A stretch of DNA of 64,000 nt from Candidatus Izemoplasmatales bacterium (GCA_050949045.1 JBMNEZ010000001.1:288001-352000), one strand, 5' to 3'. Positions 38,404-48,914 are shown, counted from the first letter of the stretch. The notes: a model not told the origin generated them from the sequence alone. A program made the numbers and translations.

Positions 38404-41040
38404 ATGAAGTACCTTAGTGGCAACGAGATCCGTAATCTTTGGCTTGAGTTTTTCAAAGGAAAGGGGCATTTAGTAGAACCGGGGGCATCTTTGATCCCCA
38501 ACGATGACCCGACTTTGTTATGGATGAACGCCGGTGTTGCGGCTTTGAAAAAATACTTTGACGGCAGCGTCATCCCGAAGAATCCCCGCATCGTCAATGT
38601 TCAAAAATGCATCCGCACGAATGATATCGAACACGTGGGCAAAACGGCGAGACACCATACTTTTTTCGAGATGCTCGGCAATTTCTCGATCGGCGACTAT
38701 TTTCGCGATCAGGCGCTCGAATGGGCCTATGAATGGCTGACGAGCGAGAAATGGCTCGGGCTTCCGAAGGAAAAACTCTACATAACCGTTTATTCAGCCG
38801 ACCACGAAACCGCTGAAAAGTGGGTCGCTCTCGGCATCGACTCTAGCCATATCGTCGCCACCGTCGATCAAAACTTCTGGGAGATCGGCGAAGGCCCCTC
38901 TGGTCCCTGCACCGAGATCTTTTTCGATCGTGGTGAAAAGTACGGAGATTTTAGCATTGAAGCGATCCGCGACGATATCGAGAACGACCGTTTTGTGGAA
39001 ATCTGGAATATCGTTCTCTCGCAGTTCAACGCCAAGGCGGGAATGAAGCGGGAAGAGTATCCCGAACTCCCGAGCAAGAATATCGATACGGGCAGCGGTC
39101 TCGAACGCGTGGCTATGGTCGTTCAGGAAGTTGAAACCAACTACGAGACCGACCTCTTTTATCCGATCATCAAGAAAATCGAAGCGATTTCGGGGATTGA
39201 TTATCACGGCCAAATGGCCTTCAAGGTCATCGCCGACCATATCAGGACGGTCTCTTTCGCGATATCCGATGGGGCGATCCTTTCCAACGAAGGACGCGGC
39301 TATGTACTCAGAAGGCTTTTAAGAAGAGCGGTCAAGTACGGTCGGAAACTCGGGATCGAAAAACCGTTCATGGCTAAGTTGGTCGACATTGTTGAGAAGA
39401 TTATGGCTGACTTTTATCCCAATATCAGGACACAGAAAGATTTGATCAAAAGGATTGTTAGCCAGGAAGAAACCAAATTTCTCGAGACGCTTTCACAAGG
39501 CGAGAAACGTTTCCAGGCCATTGCCGGAGCCAAAAAGAACAAAATCATCCCTGGGAAGGATGCCTTTCTGCTTTACGATACTTTCGGTTTTCCGATCGAA
39601 TTGACCATCGAGTATGCCGAGGAAATCGGCTACAAAGTCGATACAATGGAATTTGAGCGCGAAATGGAGAAACAGAAGGAAAGAGCAAGAAAAGCAAGGA
39701 AGGAAATCAGTTCGATGAAATCGCAGAACGAAGAGTATCTCGAGTTCAAAGAACCAAGTGAATTCATCGGTTACGATACCCTGCTTTTCGAAAGCAAGAT
39801 TATCAAAATTCTTAAAGAAGGACTGGTCCTCGACAAAACGCCTTTTTATGCGACTTCTGGTGGACAGGTGGCTGATACCGGCGTCGTTTACAACGATGAT
39901 TTTTCAGCCAGAATCACCGATGTCTCCAAACTTCCGAACGGTCAGCATCTCCACCACTATGAGTTGGTCGAAGGCAAACCAAAGGAAGGCGCAAAGGTCA
40001 TCGCCAAAGTCGATGAGCAAAGACGGCGACAGATCACTTTACACCATTCGGCTACGCATTTGTTGTTCAAGGCGCTGAGAGATCAGCTCGGCAATCATGT
40101 TTCCCAGCAGGGGAGTCAGGTATCGGACGAATCTCTTCGTTTCGACTTCAACCATTATGAGCTACCAAGCGACGATCAGATCTTGAAACTTGAAAAGACA
40201 GTCAATGAGATGATCCAGGAACCCTTCGTTGCAAAGACTGAGATTTTACCCATCGATCAAGCCGTCAAGAAGGGCGCGATCGCCGAATTCGGGGAAAAGT
40301 ACGAGGGAAAAGTCCGTACTGTGAATCTCAAATACACTCTTGATCTCTGCGGCGGAACGCATGTCGACAATCTTCACAATATCGAAAGATTCGCGATTCG
40401 CTCGGTATTTTCAATTGGTTCGGGAATCTACCGGACCGAAGCTCTGGCAGGTCCAAAAGTCGATGATCTCAAGGAAGTTTACCACAACATTGAAGACAAT
40501 ATCGAACAGATCAAGCATAAAATGGAACAAACCATCATCAAGGCCAAAGAACAAGGAATCGATCTAAAAATGCCGGATATTCCTTCCGGTGAGGAGACTG
40601 GCAGTTATCAGGATATCATCAACAAGCGTCAGGAATTCCAACTCGTCCAGCAATTGGCCAAGGATCTCGACAAGGAATTTAACCGCAAGAAAGAACAATT
40701 GCTGGGAATGGGAATCGAGAAATACCTAAATGATCTCGAAGACGGGAAACTGATTCTTTCTCTCGAAGATACCGATCTTCAGACCGTAAAACAACTGGCG
40801 GACAACCTCGCCAACTGCGATGGTGTCGATATTGTCTTTATCGCATCAAGAAATGAAGATAAGCTGACTTTTGTTGCTAAGAGCAATGATCCTAAACTAC
40901 ATGCCGGAAGCATCGTCAAGGAAGCCGCCAGTTTGACCGGCGGCAGCGGTGGTGGGAAAGCCGATTTCGCTCAAGGCGGTGGAAAGGATCCTGGTAAACT
41001 AGATGCTGCTCTATTCCGGGTCAGGGAGTTGTTAAAATGA
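38404..41040 (+). CDS. alaS: Alanyl-tRNA synthetase
   Basis: DPTLLWMNAG, HHTFFEMLGNFS, IDTGSGLER, HHSATH, LCGGTHV, GGSGGGK. Confidence 0.98.
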   Translation: MKYLSGNEIRNLWLEFFKGKGHLVEPGASLIPNDDPTLLWMNAGVAALKKYFDGSVIPKNPRIVNVQKCIRTNDIEHVGKTARHHTFFEMLGNFSIGDYFRDQALEWAYEWLTSEKWLGLPKEKLYITVYSADHETAEKWVALGIDSSHIVATVDQNFWEIGEGPSGPCTEIFFDRGEKYGDFSIEAIRDDIENDRFVEIWNIVLSQFNAKAGMKREEYPELPSKNIDTGSGLERVAMVVQEVETNYETDLFYPIIKKIEAISGIDYHGQMAFKVIADHIRTVSFAISDGAILSNEGRGYVLRRLLRRAVKYGRKLGIEKPFMAKLVDIVEKIMADFYPNIRTQKDLIKRIVSQEETKFLETLSQGEKRFQAIAGAKKNKIIPGKDAFLLYDTFGFPIELTIEYAEEIGYKVDTMEFEREMEKQKERARKARKEISSMKSQNEEYLEFKEPSEFIGYDTLLFESKIIKILKEGLVLDKTPFYATSGGQVADTGVVYNDDFSARITDVSKLPNGQHLHHYELVEGKPKEGAKVIAKVDEQRRRQITLHHSATHLLFKALRDQLGNHVSQQGSQVSDESLRFDFNHYELPSDDQILKLEKTVNEMIQEPFVAKTEILPIDQAVKKGAIAEFGEKYEGKVRTVNLKYTLDLCGGTHVDNLHNIERFAIRSVFSIGSGIYRTEALAGPKVDDLKEVYHNIEDNIEQIKHKMEQTIIKAKEQGIDLKMPDIPSGEETGSYQDIINKRQEFQLVQQLAKDLDKEFNRKKEQLLGMGIEKYLNDLEDGKLILSLEDTDLQTVKQLADNLANCDGVDIVFIASRNEDKLTFVAKSNDPKLHAGSIVKEAASLTGGSGGGKADFAQGGGKDPGKLDAALFRVRELLK

Positions 41041-41459
41041 GGTATCTCGGGCTTGATCTCGGGACGAAGACCCTGGGTATCGCAATGAGCGATCCTTCGG
41101 GGATCATCGCCTCGGCGTACGAAACGTTCATATTCGCCGAGAATGACTATGAGAGTGCAGCGAGGAAAGTAGTTTCCCTGGTTCAAGAGTTCAAGATCAA
41201 AGGCATCATCCTCGGTCTGCCGCGAAACATGGACGGGACGCTGGGATTCCAGGCGCACCGGAGCGAGGACTTTCAAACTAGGCTGAGTGCTATGGTCACG
41301 GTCCCCGTCATCCTTTGGGACGAGCGGTTAACGACGAAGGTGGCTGAGCAGACGATGACAAAAGCAAAAACGAAAACAAAGCATAAAAAACAAATCGTGG
41401 ACCGATTGGCCGCAACCATTTTGTTGCAGAGCTATCTCGACAAACAAAGGAGCGCATGA
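41037..41459 (+). CDS. ruvX: YqgF/RuvX pre-16S rRNA nuclease
   Basis: LGLDLGTKTLGIAMSD, GLPRNMDG, WDERLTT, AATILLQSYL. Confidence 0.95.
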   Translation: MRYLGLDLGTKTLGIAMSDPSGIIASAYETFIFAENDYESAARKVVSLVQEFKIKGIILGLPRNMDGTLGFQAHRSEDFQTRLSAMVTVPVILWDERLTTKVAEQTMTKAKTKTKHKKQIVDRLAATILLQSYLDKQRSA

Positions 41460-41758
41460 TAAGTATGGAAAAAGAATATTTATTGGTTACCGATGAGGAA
41501 GGCAATGAAATCGAATGCGAGATCATCATGACTTTCACATCGGATGAGTTTAACAAATCATATGTCGTCTATCAGATCAAGGATGACGAATCCGACGAGT
41601 ATTATGCCGCCAGCTACAATCCCGATGACGGCGATGAGGGCAGACTGTTCGAAATCGAAACCGAAGAGGAATGGAATCTGATCGAGGAAGTGCTCGAGAG
41701 TTTTCTTGAGGAAAACGAGGAAGAAAACGACGAAGAATCTGTTTCGGAAACCGAATAG
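41456..41758 (+). CDS. DUF1292 (YrzB-like) acidic protein
   Basis: DEEGNE, EFNKSYV, IETEEEW. Position after ruvX. Start may be 41465. Confidence 0.88.
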   Translation: MISMEKEYLLVTDEEGNEIECEIIMTFTSDEFNKSYVVYQIKDDESDEYYAASYNPDDGDEGRLFEIETEEEWNLIEEVLESFLEENEEENDEESVSETE

Positions 41759-41761
41759 GGA

Positions 41762-42385
41762 ATGGAGAATTATCTTGAATCATTGAATCAAAACCATCCC
41801 GATCCTCTGATGGAAGCCATCAGATTGCAGGCGTGTGCGCAGGCAATTCCGATCATCAAAATGGAAACACTGGTTTTCATTGAACAGATGGCTTTACTTT
41901 CCAAGGCGGAGCGTGTTCTCGAAATCGGGGCGGCGATCGGCTATTTTGCCATCCATATGGCCAAATACGCCAATGTTCGGCTGACCTCAATCGAAATCGA
42001 CAAAACCTTAGCCGAGATCGCTAAGGCGAACATCGCCAAAGCCAATCAGGAAACGATGATCGATCTGCTTAACTCCGATGCCCTTGAAATTGAGACCGCT
42101 GGTCTTGGTATCTATGACATCATCTTTGTGGACGGGGCGAAGGGCAAGTACCGGGCATATTTTAACAAATACAAAGACTCGCTCAGGAAGGGTGGCTTCT
42201 ATGTTTTTGACAACCTGCTTTTCCGGGGCCAGGTTGCCCATCCGGAAACGATCATCAGCCGCAACCGGCGTCAACTAGTGAACAAAATCAAGGATTTCAA
42301 TGCATTCATTCTCGATCAACCAGACTTCAACACCCGCATTTACCCGCTCGGCGACGGTATCGCCGTGGCGATCAAAATGAGGTGA
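41762..42385 (+). CDS. O-methyltransferase (YrrM/TrmR-like)
   Basis: VLEIGAAIGY, FVDGAKGKY, DNLLFRG, GDGI. Synteny with U32 genes. Confidence 0.88.
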   Translation: MENYLESLNQNHPDPLMEAIRLQACAQAIPIIKMETLVFIEQMALLSKAERVLEIGAAIGYFAIHMAKYANVRLTSIEIDKTLAEIAKANIAKANQETMIDLLNSDALEIETAGLGIYDIIFVDGAKGKYRAYFNKYKDSLRKGGFYVFDNLLFRGQVAHPETIISRNRRQLVNKIKDFNAFILDQPDFNTRIYPLGDGIAVAIKMR

Positions 42386-42387
42386 TC

Positions 42388-43257
42388 ATGATGGAGATCA
42401 TCGCTTTGCCGAAAAACCTTACCGAGATCACAAAACTGAAAGAACTGGGCATCAAGACGTTATTGTTTGAGAGCGATCGGTTTTCAAGAACGGCAGTCAT
42501 GCCTCTCGAAGAACAAAATTTGACAAGAGCCATTAAGATCACCAAAAAAGCCGGGATGAAGGCCTATGTCCGTCTTAACACGATCGTCGGGGAAAGCGAT
42601 CTCGCCGATCTCGAGTGTTTCCTTGCACGGCTTGCTAGTGAGGATCCCGATGGGATAGTTTTTTATGATCTCACGATCGGCGTCATCCTTGAGAGCCTTT
42701 GCCAAGGGCATAAAGGCATCTATCAGCCGGGCACGTTCAATACCCACACCGACAGCTTAATATTTCTCAAGAATCTTGGCATTTCAAAAGCGACCATCTC
42801 AAAGGAGATTTCGTTTCAGAAAATCCAAAGCATCATCGATAACAACCCTGGTTTTGAATTGTCTCTCATCGGTCACGGCTTCATTGACTGTTTTTATTCC
42901 AAGCGTCCGCTCTTGTCGCTTTTTGCCGAGTATAAAGGCTTTCAGTATAACCAAGATGCCATTTATCATATTAGTGAGAAATCGCGACCTGGAGAGCTTT
43001 ACCCAATCTCGGAAGACCGTGCCGGAACCCATATCCATCGTCCAAAAAAGCTGCATTCTTTTGCTCAACTTGCGTATTTGAAGAATCATATCCAAGCGCT
43101 TTTCGTCGAGCGATATCGGATCGCTGATTGTGAGTATTACGAAGCGATTAAGGCATATCATAGCGGTGATTATGAAGCCTTTCTCCAAGAATACGGAAAT
43201 GAATACGACAACTCGATTCTAAATCAAGAGACACGTCTCAGGAAGGCACTATTATGA
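42388..43257 (+). CDS. Peptidase U32 family protein (YrrN/TrhP1-like)
   Basis: ISKEIS, GHG..FYSKRPLL, YPISEDRAGTHI. Paired with the next gene. Confidence 0.8.
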   Translation: MMEIIALPKNLTEITKLKELGIKTLLFESDRFSRTAVMPLEEQNLTRAIKITKKAGMKAYVRLNTIVGESDLADLECFLARLASEDPDGIVFYDLTIGVILESLCQGHKGIYQPGTFNTHTDSLIFLKNLGISKATISKEISFQKIQSIIDNNPGFELSLIGHGFIDCFYSKRPLLSLFAEYKGFQYNQDAIYHISEKSRPGELYPISEDRAGTHIHRPKKLHSFAQLAYLKNHIQALFVERYRIADCEYYEAIKAYHSGDYEAFLQEYGNEYDNSILNQETRLRKALL

Positions 43258-44432
43258 TACCGGAGCTGCTAGCGCCTGCCGGCGATCTCGAAAAGGTCAG
43301 GATCGCGTTTCTGTATGGAGCCGACAGCGTATACATCGGCGGCCGCGTGTTATCGTTGAGGGCCAGGGCATCAGATTTCGATCTCGAAGGGATCAAAGAA
43401 GCAATCGCGATCGCCAGAGATTTCGGAAAAAAACTTTATGTGACGACGAACATCGTTCCTCATGACGAGGATTTGGCGGGAATTGACGAATACTTGAGTT
43501 CATTGGCCGATCTCGGTGTCGATGCAATCATCGTCTCCGATCCTTACATCATCAGCCTAGCGAAGAAGATCGGATCGCTCAAGATCCATATCTCGACTCA
43601 AGTTTCGGTCGCAAACAGCAGATTGTGCAATTATTTCAAACGTTTGGGAGCCAGTCGAATCGTTTTGGCCAGAGAGCTCTCGTTGGCGGAAATCAGTAAA
43701 ATCAGAGACAAAACCGAGACAGAACTTGAGGTATTTATCCACGGAGGGATGTGTGTCAGCTATTCCGGCAGATGCACTCTTTCGAATATCATGACAGGGA
43801 GAGACGCCAACCGCGGCGGCTGCGCCCACAGTTGCCGTTGGAACTACGAACTGTATCGCAACAACTCCCCTTTCCACGACGACTTCCAAATTGCTTCAAG
43901 GGATCTTGAGGCAATAGAGTTTCTGCCCGCCTTGATCGATCTAGGTGTCGATTCCTTCAAGATCGAAGGACGGATGAAGTCGCTTCATTATATCGCCACC
44001 GTCGTCAGAACCTACCGCCGGTTGATCGATGACCACCTCGCGGGAAGAACAATCGATTTCGACAGATACTACCATGAGTTGGCTCGAGCCGAGAACCGGC
44101 CTTTCGGGCCGGGGTTATTTAAAAAGGCGACTTTGGCTTCACAGTTATACGGAGGAACCGACAATGAACCCTCCCAGGACTTCATTGGCCTCGTTCTCGG
44201 ATATGATGCCCAGAAAAAAGAGGCGATCGTCGAGCAACGCAACCATTTCCGTCCGGGAGACAAAGCGGAGATCATCACGCCTGACGGCTCTGATTTTGAG
44301 TTTGTGATCGAAAGGATTGTGAAAGAGACCGGAGAGGTTGTCGATGCGGCGAGGCATCCGCTTGAAAAGGTCAGGATTCCTCTTGGAACTCCTATTGGAC
44401 CATATGCTCTGTTAAGGAAGGTGTCAAATTGA
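43254..44432 (+). CDS. Peptidase U32 family protein (YrrO/TrhP2-like tRNA hydroxylation protein)
   Basis: PELLAPAG, HGGMCVSYSGRC, NRGGCAHSCRW, KIEGRMK. Confidence 0.92.
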   Translation: MIPELLAPAGDLEKVRIAFLYGADSVYIGGRVLSLRARASDFDLEGIKEAIAIARDFGKKLYVTTNIVPHDEDLAGIDEYLSSLADLGVDAIIVSDPYIISLAKKIGSLKIHISTQVSVANSRLCNYFKRLGASRIVLARELSLAEISKIRDKTETELEVFIHGGMCVSYSGRCTLSNIMTGRDANRGGCAHSCRWNYELYRNNSPFHDDFQIASRDLEAIEFLPALIDLGVDSFKIEGRMKSLHYIATVVRTYRRLIDDHLAGRTIDFDRYYHELARAENRPFGPGLFKKATLASQLYGGTDNEPSQDFIGLVLGYDAQKKEAIVEQRNHFRPGDKAEIITPDGSDFEFVIERIVKETGEVVDAARHPLEKVRIPLGTPIGPYALLRKVSN

Positions 44433-45049
44433 TGAAACCGGTTATCATCGCCGTTGCCGGAGGCTCTTCCTCGGGGAAGACGACTGTCGTCGACAAACTC
44501 ATCCTAAATCTTGGCGAGTATCCGATCACTGTCATCAAGCACGATGACTATTATAAGGATCAGTCGGAGATGTCGATCGAAGAACGCCGGAAAGTGAATT
44601 ACGACCACCCATTTTCGCTTGACAATGATCTATTCTATCGGAATCTGTGTGATTTGATTGCGGGTAAGACAATCAAGAAGCCTACTTATGATTTCAAGTT
44701 GCATACGAGGGCAAGCGAAACCGAGATTGTTAAGCCTTCCAAAATCATCATCCTCGAGGGAATCTTGATCCTCGAAGATGAAAGAATTCGCAAACTCGCC
44801 GACATCAAGATCTATGTCGAGACCGATGACGATGTCCGTTTCATCAGAAGGCTTGTCCGCGACACCAAAGAACGCGGCCGAACAATGGAGAGCGTCATCG
44901 ATCAATACCTGACGACGGTCAAACCCATGCATTTTGCCTTCGTGAAACCGACAAAACGCTATGCGGATATCATCATTCCCAACGACTATGAACACGATGT
45001 TGCCGTCGATTTGGTCAAAGCAAAAATTATGTCTATTTTAAATCCATGA
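44432..45049 (+). CDS. udk: Uridine kinase
   Basis: AGGSSSGKTT, DDYYKD, NYDHP, RDTKERGR, PTKRYADIIIP. Confidence 0.96.
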   Translation: MKPVIIAVAGGSSSGKTTVVDKLILNLGEYPITVIKHDDYYKDQSEMSIEERRKVNYDHPFSLDNDLFYRNLCDLIAGKTIKKPTYDFKLHTRASETEIVKPSKIIILEGILILEDERIRKLADIKIYVETDDDVRFIRRLVRDTKERGRTMESVIDQYLTTVKPMHFAFVKPTKRYADIIIPNDYEHDVAVDLVKAKIMSILNP

Positions 45050-45091
45050 CTTATGCTATAATTAATATCACTTTGGAGGAGGCAGTGCAAT

Positions 45092-45559
45092 ATGGATAAC
45101 ATCTATCAATTGACTGAACAAGGCTATGAAAACTACAGACAGGAGCTTGAGACGCTCAAGGACGTCGATCGCAAACGGAATCTTGAGGCTTTGAAAGAAG
45201 CGAGGGCCCAGGGAGATCTGACTGAAAATGCGGATTACGACGCCGCTAGGAACGAACAGGCTCAGATCGAAGCGAGAATCAAGGAACTCGAGAATATCCT
45301 TAAGCACTCGAAGATCATTTCGAGCTCCAAAAGTTCCAAGGTTGTTTCGATCGGCAAGACCGTCCAGATCAAGTTTTCAAGCGACATGGTTCGGGAATAC
45401 AAGATCGTCGGTCATCTCGAGGCAAATCCGCTCCAAGGCAAGATTTCGAACGAATCCCCGATCGGGAAGGCATTGATTGGCAAATCCAAAGGTTCGACTG
45501 TCACCTACAAAGCGGAAACGGGAACGGAGATCGCGGTGGAAATCATCGATATCAAATAA
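45092..45559 (+). CDS. greA: Transcription elongation factor GreA
   Basis: ARAQGDLTENADYDAAR, ISNESPIGKAL. Confidence 0.96.
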   Translation: MDNIYQLTEQGYENYRQELETLKDVDRKRNLEALKEARAQGDLTENADYDAARNEQAQIEARIKELENILKHSKIISSSKSSKVVSIGKTVQIKFSSDMVREYKIVGHLEANPLQGKISNESPIGKALIGKSKGSTVTYKAETGTEIAVEIIDIK

Positions 45560-45607
45560 AAGACGAGAAAATGAAAATTTTCTCTTTTTTCTGATGGGAG
45601 TGGTAAA

Positions 45608-46303
45608 ATGATCGCGATTATCGGAGCGATGGACAGCGAGATCGAAGCGTTATTACAGCAACTAAAACTGCAAAAAACCGTCACTTTCGCCGATAAGGCA
45701 CTTTATCTCGGTGTTTTGCGGGGGCATGATGTCTTGATTGCCAAATCCGGCATCGGCAAGGTCAACACTGCGATGATGACGACTTATGTCCTCAGCCACT
45801 ACAAGATCGATTTTCTCATCAACATCGGCGTCGCCGGCGGTGTTTTTGGAGTTAGGGTCGGTGATTTGTTATTAGCTGAAGGCATTTGCTATTTCGATGT
45901 CTCCCTCGCAGAGATCGGCGACTATCCCTATGGTAAAATGGGAGACGATCCCCTGATTGTTTATCCTGATCCCGGACTTTTGGAAAAAGCAAGAAAAGTA
46001 TTTGCCTTTAACAAACTGAACTATCAAAGCGGGATCATTGCTTCTGGAGACAGTTTTGTCACCGCTCTAGAACAAATCCGAAAAATCAGCGAAGTCGTTG
46101 AGGGCATCAAGGCCTGTGAGATGGAGGGGATGGCGATTGGCATCTGTTGTCATAAACTTGATGTTCCGTTTCTGTCGATCCGAGGGATTAGCGATCTCAT
46201 CCAGAAACCCGGCCAGAAAGCAACTTACAAAACAGCGATGAAGGATGTTGCGGCAATGACTGCCGGGGCTGTTTTGTTTTTTCTTGAGGCTTATCGCCGA
46301 TGA
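45608..46303 (+). CDS. mtnN: 5'-methylthioadenosine/S-adenosylhomocysteine nucleosidase
   Basis: IIGAMDSE, SGIGKVN, GVAGG, SGDSF, CEMEG, IRGISD. Confidence 0.93.
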   Translation: MIAIIGAMDSEIEALLQQLKLQKTVTFADKALYLGVLRGHDVLIAKSGIGKVNTAMMTTYVLSHYKIDFLINIGVAGGVFGVRVGDLLLAEGICYFDVSLAEIGDYPYGKMGDDPLIVYPDPGLLEKARKVFAFNKLNYQSGIIASGDSFVTALEQIRKISEVVEGIKACEMEGMAIGICCHKLDVPFLSIRGISDLIQKPGQKATYKTAMKDVAAMTAGAVLFFLEAYRR

Positions 46304-46986
46304 AGATCCCCTTTTTTGGTCGGCTAATCGAAGTCGAAGTCGAATTGAAAAACATCAAACACACCTATCTCCACCGTAAGGGTGAAGATCACATCCTAGT
46401 TACCAGTCGGCGTCTTTTTGACCGGGTTTCGCTTCAAAAATTGCTCGAGAGAAACCGCGCCAAAGTTGATCGACTGTTAGACAAGACCAGCAAAGAACCC
46501 TTGACAAGCCCAGGAACCGTCAGCCTCTTTCAAGAAGCTATCCCGGTTATTTATGAGAATAAAGAACTGACTTGCTGGAGTTTTACGCAGGGAACACTTT
46601 TGCTTTCCGGTAAGGATGAAGCCAATCAAAAGGCGGCTCTTGAAGCTTTTTACCGCTTCAAGGTCAAAGAAGCGGCGGTTGAGGAAATGGAAAAGCTTCA
46701 GCATACCGTTGGTTTGCATTTAAATCTCGGGAAGATCAATTTCAAAGTGAAAAGGCTTAAGTCCCGGCTGGGAAGCTATAGCCAAAAAACGAGGACGGTC
46801 GTGCTCAATTCTCTGCTCGGACGGTTCAAGCGCGAATATCTCAGGATCATCTTGATCCATGAGTTGGTCCATACCAGAGTCTCTGGGCACCAAGCCGATT
46901 TTTACAGGTTGCTTTTAGCATTTGTCCCTGATTACCATCGAAAAAAAAACGAACTGTCGTCTTTGATCAAAAGATACGAGATCTGA
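46300..46986 (+). CDS. YgjP/DUF45-like metallopeptidase-domain protein
   Basis: LKSRLGSYS, IHELVH, H..DFY. Confidence 0.8.
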   Translation: MKIPFFGRLIEVEVELKNIKHTYLHRKGEDHILVTSRRLFDRVSLQKLLERNRAKVDRLLDKTSKEPLTSPGTVSLFQEAIPVIYENKELTCWSFTQGTLLLSGKDEANQKAALEAFYRFKVKEAAVEEMEKLQHTVGLHLNLGKINFKVKRLKSRLGSYSQKTRTVVLNSLLGRFKREYLRIILIHELVHTRVSGHQADFYRLLLAFVPDYHRKKNELSSLIKRYEI

Positions 46987-46987
46987 G

Positions 46988-47135
46988 AAAGAAAAATGAT
47001 CCAATACCGGAATCAAAAGCATGACCGGAAGTCTTGATCTGATCGGAATAAGTCCCAAATTCCTGATTAAGAATAAACTTACCCCTCAGGCAGGAATAAC
47101 CCCAAGACGAGTGAGAGCGGCACAGTGTCTTTGTA
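46988..47135 (-). ncRNA. Candidate structured non-coding RNA (rod-like, 6S-like topology possible)
   Basis: Nested inverted repeats (47015-27/47118-32, 47031-36/47103-08, 47059-65/47091-97) followed on the minus strand by a hairpin and U-tract. Confidence 0.35.
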
Positions 47136-47232
47136 TATGGGTAACGATTAAGTCAATCCGCTAAAAATAGAATTGGACTTTTAGAGAAAAATCCAGTATA
47201 ATATAGTTAAAAATCGGGAGAATCAGAAAACG

Positions 47233-47790
47233 ATGAGTTTGTTGTTCAAGAACAAGGTTTTTTATCCATACGACTACCAGAAGAGTGTTTTTGACATTGA
47301 TTACCGTGCTTTGCAGGAAAAAGGCGTCAAATTGTTAATGATTGACCTTGATAATACGCTGATTCCTTACGATGAATCCGAACCCAATGACGATATTAGA
47401 AATTTATTTGCCCATCTCAAGGAAATGGGATTTAAAATTATAGTCATCTCCAATAGCCGCAAGAAGCGGGTCGAAGCATTCGCAAATGCTCTTTCCGTGA
47501 AGTTTGTCTCAAACGCTATGAAACCACTACGCTGTGGTTTTCGCCGAGCACAAGCCCTCTATCCAGGCATTAAGGAAACCGAAGTGGCGGTGATCGGAGA
47601 CCAGTTCATGACTGACGTTCTCGGTGGAAACCGTTGCCATTACTTGGTTGTTGTCGTCGATGCGATTAAAAGACAAGTCGAGAAATGGTATACCAGAATC
47701 AATCGCAGACTCGAAAAACGGGTCCTTTCCCGCATCAAGAAAGCGGATTTTCCTTTTTTTCAAAGGCTGAAACTTGATGGAAAGAGGTAA
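47233..47790 (+). CDS. yqeG: YqeG HAD-family phosphatase
   Basis: DLDNTL, ISN, AMKP, IGDQFMTDVLGGNR. Confidence 0.93.
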   Translation: MSLLFKNKVFYPYDYQKSVFDIDYRALQEKGVKLLMIDLDNTLIPYDESEPNDDIRNLFAHLKEMGFKIIVISNSRKKRVEAFANALSVKFVSNAMKPLRCGFRRAQALYPGIKETEVAVIGDQFMTDVLGGNRCHYLVVVVDAIKRQVEKWYTRINRRLEKRVLSRIKKADFPFFQRLKLDGKR

Positions 47791-47795
47791 CGGAG

Positions 47796-48914
47796 ATGGC
47801 TGAACTCTACTGCAAGGGTTGTGGGGCGCTCCTACAACAAGAGAACAAGACGCTGCCCGGATACGTTTCGGAAAACATCAACCTTCACGATGAGACGAAA
47901 CCAGTTCTTTGCCAGCGTTGTTTTCGTCTCCGTCACTATAGCGATGCGATCACCTACTCACTTTCGAATGATGAATATGCCACGGTGATCAACCGGATCA
48001 AGAACGAAAACGCTCTAATCGTCAAAGTCGTCGACATTTTCGATTACTCCGGATCTTTCGTTCCGGCAATCAAACGGCTTACCGGCAATGAGGATGTCAT
48101 TCTCGTCGGCAACAAGATGGATCTTTTACCGAAAAATGTAAAAGACGAAAAGATTATCACCTGGCTCAAACAAATGTTGGCCATGGAGGGCTTCATCGTC
48201 TTGGACAGCATTCTGATTTCCGCCAAATACGGTAAAAACTTTGATCAATTGATGACAATGATCGAAAAGTACAAAGGCAATCGCAATGTTTATATCGTCG
48301 GCTCAATCAACGTTGGTAAGTCACGGATCGTGAATCAGATCTTAAAGCGCTATTTGGGATATCCGACCGATGTCGTCACCGTTTCTCAAACACCGGGGAC
48401 AACAATCGGCATGATCGGTTTCCCCCTTCTCGACGGCACGATGATCTTTGATACCCCCGGCGTCATCAACAAGCACCAGTACACCCATTACTTGACTAAA
48501 GCCTCCTACAAGATTACGGTCCCCAAGAAAGAGATCAAGCCGCTTGTATTCCAACTCCTTGAGGGACAGACGCTGTTCTTCGGCGGCCTCGCGAGACTTG
48601 ATGTCATCAACGGCGAGACCGGCGACAGGGTCAATCTGGTGACCTATTTCGCCAACACCGTCAATATCCACCGCACGAAGACCGAACGGGCGGACGAGCT
48701 CTACGAAAGCAAGCTATACACCTTGCTTAGCCCGCCTTTCTCGAAGAATGAGAACTTGCCAAAATGGGTCTACCACGAATTCAAGATCCGCGACAACCTC
48801 AAATACGACATCGTCTTTTCCGGACTTGGCTTCGTGACGATCAGGGCACCCTTCTATATCCGCGCCCACGCACCCTTTGTCGTCGGCATCTACGCCCGTC
48901 CGGCGATCATCTGA
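47796..48914 (+). CDS. yqeH: Ribosome biogenesis GTPase YqeH
   Basis: CKGCG..CQRCFRL, NKMDLLP, NVGKS, PGTT, DTPG. Confidence 0.95.
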   Translation: MAELYCKGCGALLQQENKTLPGYVSENINLHDETKPVLCQRCFRLRHYSDAITYSLSNDEYATVINRIKNENALIVKVVDIFDYSGSFVPAIKRLTGNEDVILVGNKMDLLPKNVKDEKIITWLKQMLAMEGFIVLDSILISAKYGKNFDQLMTMIEKYKGNRNVYIVGSINVGKSRIVNQILKRYLGYPTDVVTVSQTPGTTIGMIGFPLLDGTMIFDTPGVINKHQYTHYLTKASYKITVPKKEIKPLVFQLLEGQTLFFGGLARLDVINGETGDRVNLVTYFANTVNIHRTKTERADELYESKLYTLLSPPFSKNENLPKWVYHEFKIRDNLKYDIVFSGLGFVTIRAPFYIRAHAPFVVGIYARPAII

